NCBI GenBank assembly: GCA_051531975.1
Contig: JAOPTT010000014.1
Location: 32,001 to 96,000 of the forward strand
Direction of reading: 5' to 3'
Source of the DNA: Spirochaetaceae bacterium
GTDB lineage: Bacteria; Spirochaetota; Spirochaetia; DSM-2461
DNA: 64,000 bases
Shown here: one piece after another, positions 1 through 8,313 of the stretch
How the letters are laid out: the number at the start of each line of letters is the position of its first letter
Position numbering within the stretch: position 1 is the stretch's first letter
Notes under the pieces: generated by a model
Databases searched by the model: none
Seen by the model: the letters and a program-made list of their open reading frames with translations, nothing else
Told to the model about the DNA's origin: nothing
Made by a program: the position numbers and the translations under genes

Positions 1-1112
1 GAGTTTATCTGATAATAAGAAATTTTCTCTCCATCAGGTCCAAATAGATCTTTTAAACGTCCACCTCTTTTTTTGATAATTGAGATAAGATCTGATATTC
101 TAGTTTCGTCTAATAGTCCTTTAACATCTAAAAGAGGTATTCCATCGTGACAGCCGAGCATATTAAATGTTTTATAGCCTTTTACCTGTATCTCTTTTAT
201 CCATCTAAGTAGGTTTCTATTTTCCTTAAATTCAATAGCATCTAAAACAAGTCCAGGGAAGAAAAAGTCATAAATAGCATAACCTTTATCTGCTAACTTT
301 TCATGTAGACCAACCTCATATTTACTATGTATTTCTGGTAGAAGCACTATATTGTATCTATCTGCTATACTTTTAATTCTAGCTAAGTATTCCCAGGTAC
401 CTGGTTCATTAAAGAAGTTACTGTATCCTATTTTTTTATGTAGATATGCAAATGCATCAAGTCTAACAATTGTTGAACCATAATCACTTAGTTTTCTAAA
501 AGTTTCTTCATAGAACTCCCAAACTAAATTACAATTTGCATTTAGATCCATCTGTCCAAGATATGATATTTTACTGTTTTTTTCCTTAGTTATCTTCTGA
601 TAAAATGTATTCCAATAATATCTACTACTACCATCTGGGAATGGAACCTTTAATACTGGAAGACCTGGTTTTCTCATAAACAGTTTTGAAAGGTACTCTT
701 TATTAGGAATTATTAGTCCATCCTCATTTAAAGTACCTTTACCTTCCCAGTATCTATTCCAATCGATAAACATATGCACATATTTTGATTTATCACCTCT
801 GTTTAACAGATCCTGGAATTGTGGTGACAGTACAGAGAGATGATTTAAAACAAAGTCTAATTTTAGGTTTATATTCATATTCTGAAGATCTTCTAAATTA
901 TTATAATTCACCATTTCTTCATCTAGGTCATAACTTTTAATAGAAAACCCACGATCTAAGTCAGATTTAAACATTGATGGAAGTATATAAAGAAGAGAAA
1001 AAAGGTCCTTGAACTGCTCTTTTTTTAATATATCCACTATCACATCCAGATTACCACCAATACTATCAGGATAAACATTTAACATAACACCGTTAAATAT
1101 AGTATTATCCAT
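1..1112 (-). CDS. GH13_18 sucrose-phosphorylase-family enzyme, probable sucrose 6F-phosphate phosphorylase (partial, runs off the window start)
   Basis: Missing from the ORF track. Manual translation gives MDNTIFNGVMLNVYPDSIGG...DLDRGFS...DFVLNHLS...VRLDAFAY...LLPEIH...LGCHDGIP...GEKISYYQIN. The ATG at 1112 overlaps the end of the upstream gene. Confidence 0.85.
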   Translation of the reverse strand, partial: MDNTIFNGVMLNVYPDSIGGNLDVIVDILKKEQFKDLFSLLYILPSMFKSDLDRGFSIKSYDLDEEMVNYNNLEDLQNMNINLKLDFVLNHLSVLSPQFQDLLNRGDKSKYVHMFIDWNRYWEGKGTLNEDGLIIPNKEYLSKLFMRKPGLPVLKVPFPDGSSRYYWNTFYQKITKEKNSKISYLGQMDLNANCNLVWEFYEETFRKLSDYGSTIVRLDAFAYLHKKIGYSNFFNEPGTWEYLARIKSIADRYNIVLLPEIHSKYEVGLHEKLADKGYAIYDFFFPGLVLDAIEFKENRNLLRWIKEIQVKGYKTFNMLGCHDGIPLLDVKGLLDETRISDLISIIKKRGGRLKDLFGPDGEKISYYQIN

Positions 1113-1986
1113 TAAAATCTCCCTTGGTTATGATGTTCCCTGACTTACCTACTATTAAAAAAGAATCCATAAATTGATTATTAATTTTATTTTGCTCAAT
1201 CTCTAATACACAATTTGTAAATGATGAATTCACCCCTTTATCACGGCCTCTAGATACCCTATGAGAAAGAGTCTCCCCCGGGGTACTAAATAGAAACACA
1301 GGGTAATCAACACCTTTTAAGTGAGGATTATTGCCATGGGTCCATTCAATAATAAGAACCTCAGTATCTTTAAAATCTATCTTCTCAAAACTTATATCAT
1401 TTATAGTTCGTCCCATTCTTTTTAGATTTATAAATCTTCTGTTATTTTTAAAATCCCCAATAATACTGTTTAATAGGTTAAAATCGACTTCTTTTTCTGA
1501 CGCCAGATATTCCCAAAGAGCCTTTTCACCTGCAACCTGATATATAGATAAAAATGGTTTTGTCCTAGCAATGTCTTTATTAAAATCATCTTTGTTGGCC
1601 AAAAGTTTATTAAGTTCTAATGTCCAAGTAGGATTAAATCCGTTATTGTTTTTTAATCCTAAAAGGCCAGCGTATCTAAATCTATTTAATCTTTCTAAAT
1701 CGTTGTACTTTGGGATTCTATATGGATAGTTATCCCCAGATAAAACATATGTCTTAACACCATTTTTGGTGAGTTCTGATGCTAATAGAGATCCTATTTC
1801 AGACTTCCCTACACCAGATCCTCCATATACAGATATAACAGTTTTATGTCCTGATTCTTTTATTTTATCAAATATTATTGGGTATATTACTTCTGCTCTC
1901 TTAATATGTGATTCATCAATACTTATTTTATCCCCTGGCATATCACCAAAAATGAGATTAATATCTTTATTCAATATGTTCTCCAT
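1105..1986 (-). CDS. P-loop (NMP/uridine-kinase-like) kinase, candidate sucrose kinase
   Basis: Walker A GGSGVGKS, plus LSGDNYP and LIIEWTHG motifs; translationally coupled to the GH13_18 gene. Confidence 0.6.
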   Translation of the reverse strand: MENILNKDINLIFGDMPGDKISIDESHIKRAEVIYPIIFDKIKESGHKTVISVYGGSGVGKSEIGSLLASELTKNGVKTYVLSGDNYPYRIPKYNDLERLNRFRYAGLLGLKNNNGFNPTWTLELNKLLANKDDFNKDIARTKPFLSIYQVAGEKALWEYLASEKEVDFNLLNSIIGDFKNNRRFINLKRMGRTINDISFEKIDFKDTEVLIIEWTHGNNPHLKGVDYPVFLFSTPGETLSHRVSRGRDKGVNSSFTNCVLEIEQNKINNQFMDSFLIVGKSGNIITKGDFNG

Positions 1987-1992
1987 TATAAT

Positions 1993-2643
1993 TTACTGAG
2001 GATCTAATTCCTGGGTATTTAGAAAGTGATATGTTCCAAAGCCAACTCTATCTTCAGGCCCAACTCCAATGGCTCTAAATCCAGCCTTAAGTGCCCCTTC
2101 AACTCCAGCCCTTGCATCTTCGACAACAATACATTCATCTACTGCTAAACCTATCTGACCGGCAGCATGTAGAAATACATCTGGAGCTGGTTTTGCTCTA
2201 TTAACATGGCCACCATGGGCAATTCCATCAAAATAACTTCTAATATTTAGATGATCAACTATAAAATCTGTATTTCTACTAGCAGATCCTATAGCAAGCT
2301 TTTTACCCATGTTTTTAAGAGCTAGTAAAAGTGGTAATATCCCAGGAAGAATATCATCAGATGTTAAACCTTCTAACATCTGCCTATAATAACCATTTTT
2401 CCTCTTCATCATATCTAAAATTTTATCTTCAGTTACAATTAGTCCATCTAATATAATTTCAAGAGAAGCCCTTCTAGAGACTCCTCTTAATTTTTCATTT
2501 ATATTTTCATTAAAAGTAAGACCCTCTTCATCTGCCATTTTTTTCCACGCTTTATAGTGAAATATGGCGGTATCGGTTAAAACACCATCTAGGTCAAAAA
2601 TCCAACCTTTAATACCATCAATTTTAAGTAATTTTTTTATCAT
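1993..2643 (-). CDS. pgmB: beta-phosphoglucomutase (HAD)
   Basis: FDLDGVLTDTA, KPAPDVF and VVEDARAG motifs; lies near a GH65 phosphorylase. Confidence 0.9.
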   Translation of the reverse strand: MIKKLLKIDGIKGWIFDLDGVLTDTAIFHYKAWKKMADEEGLTFNENINEKLRGVSRRASLEIILDGLIVTEDKILDMMKRKNGYYRQMLEGLTSDDILPGILPLLLALKNMGKKLAIGSASRNTDFIVDHLNIRSYFDGIAHGGHVNRAKPAPDVFLHAAGQIGLAVDECIVVEDARAGVEGALKAGFRAIGVGPEDRVGFGTYHFLNTQELDPQ

Positions 2644-3515
2644 CCTTTAACAGAACCTGCCATCATTCCTCTTACAAAAAACCGTTGTAATGAGAAGAAA
2701 ACAATAAGTGGAACTATCATGGTTAAAAATGCACCTGAAGTTAAAATATGCCAATCTTGACCACGGGAACCTACCATTTCTGCCAATCTTGTAGTAACAA
2801 GAGCATTCTCTTTTTTTGTTCCCAAAAATACCATAGCAACAAGTAGATCATTCCACACCCATAAGAACTGGAATATTGAAAAGGCCGCAATTGCTGGGAT
2901 AGATACTGGTAAAACTAACATTGTAAATGTCTTCATGGGACTTGCACCATCAATATGTGCAGCTTCTATCATTTCTGACGGAATTGTAGATATAAAACCA
3001 TATAAGAGATAAATAGCTAAGGGTAGTCCAAAACCAGTATGGGCTAACCAAACACCTAAATAAGTTCCATTTAATCCAAGTTTTGTATATAACTTTAACA
3101 TTGGGATAAGTGCCATCTGTAAAGGAACAACCATTAATCCTACAACAATTACAAAAAATACCTCTTTCCCTGGAAAGTTCATCCATGCAAAAGCATATGC
3201 CGCAAATGCTGCTATAGTTATTGGTATTACAGTAGACGGGATTGTAACTAATAAACTGTTAACAAATGCATTCCCCATTCCATCTGCAAGTATTACATCG
3301 GTATAGTTACTTAAAGTCCATTTAGTAAAATTAAATGGGTGTGCTAATTGGGTCCACCATCCCGATGATGTAATATCTTCAGGGGGTCTAAAGGAGGAGA
3401 TTAAAAGTCCAATAGATGGAAGTGTCCATAAAAAACATATTAATATAATTGTTAGCTGTAGAGGTGTAGAACTTATCAACTCCCGAAAAAAGCTTTTCTT
3501 ATTTATCTGTTTCAT
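2640..3515 (-). CDS. carbohydrate ABC transporter permease (AglG-like)
   Basis: EAAHIDGA loop, FQFLWVWNDLLVA, multiple TM segments. Confidence 0.9.
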   Translation of the reverse strand: MKQINKKSFFRELISSTPLQLTIILICFLWTLPSIGLLISSFRPPEDITSSGWWTQLAHPFNFTKWTLSNYTDVILADGMGNAFVNSLLVTIPSTVIPITIAAFAAYAFAWMNFPGKEVFFVIVVGLMVVPLQMALIPMLKLYTKLGLNGTYLGVWLAHTGFGLPLAIYLLYGFISTIPSEMIEAAHIDGASPMKTFTMLVLPVSIPAIAAFSIFQFLWVWNDLLVAMVFLGTKKENALVTTRLAEMVGSRGQDWHILTSGAFLTMIVPLIVFFSLQRFFVRGMMAGSVKG

Positions 3516-4618
3516 CGAACACTCCTATTCTCTCTAAGATTTTTAATGTTATATATCAGTACAGGAACAACCGCTACTAATAGGATTACGGCCAAAGCAC
3601 TACCCCTACCATAGTTCCTGAATACAAATGACTCTTTATAATATCTAAGTGCAACAACACTTGTATCATACTGACCACTTGTCATAACAAAGACGATATC
3701 AAATATTTTTAAAACCGCTATTAAAACTGTTGTCGTAACAGTTAATATTGTACTTTTAATAAACGGAACTATTACATGAAAAAATATAGTAAATTCATTG
3801 GCTCCATCAATTTTTGCAGCTTCAACTAATGATCCAGGTACACCTTTAACAGCTGCAGATAAAATAACCATTGCGTAACCTGTTTGTAGCCATATCATAA
3901 TTACCATTAAAAAGAAATTATTCCATGGTCTTTGAATAAGCCATCCGGCAGGCTCCCCACCTAATGCAACAACAATTGCATTTAATAGACCAATTTGTTC
4001 TTGACCTGGAGGTTGGTAATAATAGATAAATCTCCATATAACTGCAGCACCAACAAATGATATTGCCATTGGCATAAAAATAAGAGATTTTGCAATCTTC
4101 TCCCATTTAACCTTGTCTACTAAAACAGCTATAACAAGGCCTAATGATACTGTAAAAAATGTTACAAATATTAACCATAAAAGGTTATTTCTTAAAATAA
4201 TTAACATACTTTCGTCTGTTAATGCAAAAATATAGTTCTTTAACCCTACAAATTTATCACCTTTTCTATCTAAAAAACTCATTACGAATGTATGAACTGC
4301 TGGATAAACAAGGTATGTTCCCAAAATAGCTAAAGCGGGTCCAACAAATACAAATGGTCTTAACATCTCCCTTATTTTTCCAGGTAAATGTGAAACTAAA
4401 TTATCCGCTGATACAAATATTACCCAAACACCTAGGACACCAATTATTAAAGCGATGATCCCAATTGTAAATTTAGAAGCATCTGAATCCCTCATAAAGA
4501 TGAAACTCCATCTTAATATGGCAAATGCTAAAATAGGAATCGTTACAGAGATTGCAACCCTGCCAGGTCCCATAGCCAAGACATCAAAGATTCCAGTATT
4601 TTTCTTCTTTTTGTTCAT
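3512..4618 (-). CDS. carbohydrate ABC transporter permease (AglF-like)
   Basis: EAAKIDGA loop, FMPMAISFVGA, multiple TM segments. Confidence 0.9.
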   Translation of the reverse strand: MNKKKKNTGIFDVLAMGPGRVAISVTIPILAFAILRWSFIFMRDSDASKFTIGIIALIIGVLGVWVIFVSADNLVSHLPGKIREMLRPFVFVGPALAILGTYLVYPAVHTFVMSFLDRKGDKFVGLKNYIFALTDESMLIILRNNLLWLIFVTFFTVSLGLVIAVLVDKVKWEKIAKSLIFMPMAISFVGAAVIWRFIYYYQPPGQEQIGLLNAIVVALGGEPAGWLIQRPWNNFFLMVIMIWLQTGYAMVILSAAVKGVPGSLVEAAKIDGANEFTIFFHVIVPFIKSTILTVTTTVLIAVLKIFDIVFVMTSGQYDTSVVALRYYKESFVFRNYGRGSALAVILLVAVVPVLIYNIKNLRENRSVR

Positions 4619-4634
4619 AAATCCTCCGAGGAAT

Positions 4635-4665
4635 GAACTAGAGGGTTTGACCCCTCTAGATGTTC
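4635..4665 (-). terminator. stem-loop after the solute-binding protein gene (partial terminator or mRNA stabiliser)
   Basis: Inverted repeat CTAGAGGG...CCCTCTAG between the SBP and permease genes. Confidence 0.6.
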
Positions 4666-4667
4666 TC

Positions 4668-5975
4668 TTATTCAGGCCAACTGTTATCTATTTTTGTCAT
4701 AACTTTATCAAGATCCTGACCACTTACATAATCAACCATTCCAGTCCAGAATGAACCAGCACCAACAGCTCCTGGCATTAAATCTGAAGCGTCAAATCTA
4801 AATGTACTTGCATTAAGTAAAATCTCACCAATTTTTCTATCTGCTTCAGTAGGATACCAACCTAAATCAGCATCTTTATGTGGAGAGATAAATCCACCAG
4901 ATTTAACCCATTCTTTAGTAGAAGCACCTATTGTAAGGAATTTCATAACTTCTCTAACTTCTGGTCTGTCATTAAATGCACCATAAATATCACCGGCACC
5001 TAATACTGGTTTTCCATATTTTGGATCAATTGGTGGAAGATAGAAAAAGTCCATATCACCATCAACTAATTCCTGACCTTTTTTAGGGAAGAATGCAGGT
5101 ATAAAACTAGCTTGTCTATGTAGCCAAGCTTTTGGAGGAGTTGTTGTTAATGCAGTTGGTGCATCACCAAAAGGAACTGTTAATATAGAAGTTGTTCCAC
5201 CATATACATAATCTTTATTAAAAAAGATTTCTCCCATTTTTTTGGCAGCATATTTAACTTCTGGAGAGTTAAATGGTAATTCACCTTTTACCCACATGTC
5301 ATAATTTTTAGTGGAAGTAGTTCTTAACATAATATCTTCCATCCAGTCTGTTGCAACCCAACCAGTAGCACCAGAACTCTCTATTCCAATAGACCATGGG
5401 ATTTCACCATCTGCAACCATCTGGTCAGATAAAGCTAACATTTCGTCCCAAGTTTCAGGAACTTTATATCCTTTAGCATCAAAGGCTTTTTTAGGGTACC
5501 AAACTAAAGATTTAACATTTGCTCTGTACCAAACTCCTGCCATAATTCCATTTATAGTTGCCATTTGAAGCCAACTGTCAATATATTGTTCTTTTAGATA
5601 TGACATATCAAACCAATCATTCATATCTTGAACATGACCGTTTTCAACAAAGTCGCCTAAAATACCAGGTTGAGGGAATGCTGCAATATCAGGTGCATCT
5701 CCACCTTCAACACGTACTGTTACTAATGACTCAAAATCACCTGAACCTTCATAAACAATATCTATTCCAGTCTTCTCTTCAAATGCTACCATTGAAGCAA
5801 TAAATCTTTCTGCATCTACATCTACAAATGCACCAAAGATATTTACTGTTGTTCCAGCTAATGGCTTATTTGAATCAACCGGAGCTTTAACCTCTTGTTG
5901 TTCTTCTTTCTTACATCCGACTAATACCAATGCTAAAAAAGAAATCATCATTAACATTGAAATAATTTTCTTCAT
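4668..5975 (-). CDS. alpha-glucoside ABC transporter substrate-binding lipoprotein (AglE-like)
   Basis: Lipobox LVGC; PDIAAFPQPG, VKSLVWY, GATGWVATDWMED and FRFDASDLMPGAVG motifs. Confidence 0.88.
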   Translation of the reverse strand: MKKIISMLMMISFLALVLVGCKKEEQQEVKAPVDSNKPLAGTTVNIFGAFVDVDAERFIASMVAFEEKTGIDIVYEGSGDFESLVTVRVEGGDAPDIAAFPQPGILGDFVENGHVQDMNDWFDMSYLKEQYIDSWLQMATINGIMAGVWYRANVKSLVWYPKKAFDAKGYKVPETWDEMLALSDQMVADGEIPWSIGIESSGATGWVATDWMEDIMLRTTSTKNYDMWVKGELPFNSPEVKYAAKKMGEIFFNKDYVYGGTTSILTVPFGDAPTALTTTPPKAWLHRQASFIPAFFPKKGQELVDGDMDFFYLPPIDPKYGKPVLGAGDIYGAFNDRPEVREVMKFLTIGASTKEWVKSGGFISPHKDADLGWYPTEADRKIGEILLNASTFRFDASDLMPGAVGAGSFWTGMVDYVSGQDLDKVMTKIDNSWPE

Positions 5976-6022
5976 TTTGTTTCTCCTTAATTTTTATATA
6001 AAAAACTGCTTAAGCAGTAATT

Positions 6023-7045
6023 TTAACAACTATCTCTTTCTACCAACTTTGGTAGAATAACTTCCTGTACTATATCTCCCTGATTTTTATTCTCTATAAG
6101 CTCAGCAATCCTCTTAGATGCTTTTGTTGCAAGCTCAATTCTTGGTTGTTGAATTGTAGTTAATCGTGGATTTGTAGATTCACAGATTGGAGCATCATCG
6201 TAACCAATAACTTTTAACTCTTTTGGGATTTGTATCCCTTTAAACATTGCTGCACTTAAAAAACCAAAAGCCTGAATATCAGCTTGAAAAAAAATGCCAT
6301 CAATACTATCAATTAATTCTCGCTTTTCAGTTACTAGGGCATATCCACTTATATATGAACATTCTATTGTGATCACAAAATTTGCATTAAATTTAATTCC
6401 ATGTTTATCAAGAGCATCAATATAACCATTAGTCCTCTCTTTATACTCATCTGAGAATTTATCATCTGGTCTAACAGTTAGGATTTTTTTACAACCTCTA
6501 CTAATTAAGTATGATGTGGCCATAAAACCTCCAGACTGATGATCTGTAAAGAAATAATTCAGTGATTTTTCTTTAAAAAATCTCGGTTTCATATGTAGTT
6601 GAACAATAGGTAATCCGGCAAAAATTATACTCTCATAATCTTTGTGTGTAATTTGGTTATGCACTATTAAAAAGCCATCAACTTTTTGTTGTCTTAATAG
6701 TCTGTTTACATTGCTCTCTCCAGTCTCAGGGTGATAAGCTTCTAATAAAATAGCATCGAGACCCATTAACTCTAAAGCTTGCCTGAGTTCAACAAAAAGC
6801 CTATCCACATATAATGAAGCACCAAATTGATCCATGTGAGCTTCGTATACAACACCTATATTTCCTGTCTTTCTGCCACTTAGACTTCTGGCACCAGAAT
6901 TAAATTCAAAATTCATTGATCTAGCTATATTTTTGATCTTATCTTTTGTCTTTGGACTGATTTGTGGACTATCATTTAGAGCTCTTGAAACTGTTGAATG
7001 GCTAACACCAGCGATTACAGCTATATCCTTTATTGTAATTTTCAA
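6023..7045 (-). CDS. LacI family transcriptional regulator
   Basis: HTH TIKDIAVIAGVSHSTVSRALN. Start reassigned to TTG at 7045 after GGAGTGGAG, giving 340 aa, the same length as its paralog. Confidence 0.9.
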   Translation of the reverse strand: MKITIKDIAVIAGVSHSTVSRALNDSPQISPKTKDKIKNIARSMNFEFNSGARSLSGRKTGNIGVVYEAHMDQFGASLYVDRLFVELRQALELMGLDAILLEAYHPETGESNVNRLLRQQKVDGFLIVHNQITHKDYESIIFAGLPIVQLHMKPRFFKEKSLNYFFTDHQSGGFMATSYLISRGCKKILTVRPDDKFSDEYKERTNGYIDALDKHGIKFNANFVITIECSYISGYALVTEKRELIDSIDGIFFQADIQAFGFLSAAMFKGIQIPKELKVIGYDDAPICESTNPRLTTIQQPRIELATKASKRIAELIENKNQGDIVQEVILPKLVERDSC

Positions 7046-7117
7046 ACTCCACTCCACTTTATGCACACGATAACAATTAAATAATTAACTTGCATCTATA
7101 CAACAAGTTAACACTCC

Positions 7118-7129
7118 GCACACGTGTGC
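7118..7129. promoter_or_regulatory. LacI-type operator palindrome GCACACGTGTGC (related imperfect site at 7062-7075)
   Basis: Perfect 12-bp palindrome with central CG upstream of the lacI-ABC operon. Confidence 0.65.
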
Positions 7130-7233
7130 ATGAAATATATTAAAGCAGGTTATATTAGAAGTCAAGAATATTAATTACAAAAATTGTAAAATTTAAAAAA
7201 AGTGAGATTTTAATATGTGATATACGGTTTTTA

Positions 7234-8256
7234 CTAAGTTGATTCACGTAAAACAATTGAAGTATCAATCATTTTCTGAACCTTTATTTCATCGTCTTTT
7301 TTATTAATTAGATCAATAATACGCTCTGAAGCATATTTTGCCAGCTCTTTTCTTGGCTGATATATTGTTGTTAGTTTTGGAGATGTTGATTCACATACTG
7401 GAGCATCGTCATATCCTATTACTTTAATATCCTGGGGAATTTTTATTCCACTTATTGCTGCAGCATTCATAAAACCAAATGCCTGAATATCCGTTTGGAA
7501 AAATATTCCATCAACTTCCTTTATTATTTCTGGTGCGGTCTTTAATAGGTTATATCCAGCATTATAAGTACATGGAAGAGAGATTAAATATTCATCCTTA
7601 ACTTCTAGACTGTTTTCCACCAATACATCTTTATACCCTCTAGTTCTACTTGGATACTCCTCTGAGTGAATATCGTCTGGAAATACAGTTAATATTTTTT
7701 TACAACCCTTTTTCACGAGATGTTTTGTTGCCAATCTACCACCTTGGATATGGTCAGTAATAAAATAGTCTAATTTGTTTTTATCAAAAAATCTTGGCAT
7801 CATATGAAGTTGTACTATAGGAATTCCTACCATCTGAATACTTGTATAATCTTTTTTAGATATGTGGTCATGAACCATTAAAAATCCATCTACTTTTTGC
7901 TGCCTTAAAAGCCTATCAATATTACTTGCCCCGGATTCAGGGTGATATGCTTCAAGAAGTATGACGTCCATATCCATTCTCTCAAGGTAGTGTCGTAACT
8001 CTAAAAAAAGCTGACTAATATAAAGTGATGAACCAAATTGATCATCGTTAGCATCGTATACTACTGCGATATTACCTGTTTTACTACTTTTAAGACTCCT
8101 AGCTCCTGAATTAAATTCAAAATTTAGAGACTTAGCGATATTTTTTATCTTCTCTTTTGTAGCAGTACTGATCTGATTACTGTCATTTAATGCCCTAGAA
8201 ACAGTAGAATGACTGACACCAGCAACAGCGGCAATATCTTTAATAGTAACTTTCAT
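7234..8256 (-). CDS. LacI family transcriptional regulator (tandem paralog of 6023-7045)
   Basis: Near-identical HTH and shared segments LLEAYHPE.G.SN..RLLRQQKVDGFL. Confidence 0.9.
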   Translation of the reverse strand: MKVTIKDIAAVAGVSHSTVSRALNDSNQISTATKEKIKNIAKSLNFEFNSGARSLKSSKTGNIAVVYDANDDQFGSSLYISQLFLELRHYLERMDMDVILLEAYHPESGASNIDRLLRQQKVDGFLMVHDHISKKDYTSIQMVGIPIVQLHMMPRFFDKNKLDYFITDHIQGGRLATKHLVKKGCKKILTVFPDDIHSEEYPSRTRGYKDVLVENSLEVKDEYLISLPCTYNAGYNLLKTAPEIIKEVDGIFFQTDIQAFGFMNAAAISGIKIPQDIKVIGYDDAPVCESTSPKLTTIYQPRKELAKYASERIIDLINKKDDEIKVQKMIDTSIVLREST

Positions 8257-8313
8257 ATATTCATAGTGTGTAAGATTCCACTATCTGTCAAATGGTTTGA
8301 CAAACTATTTACA

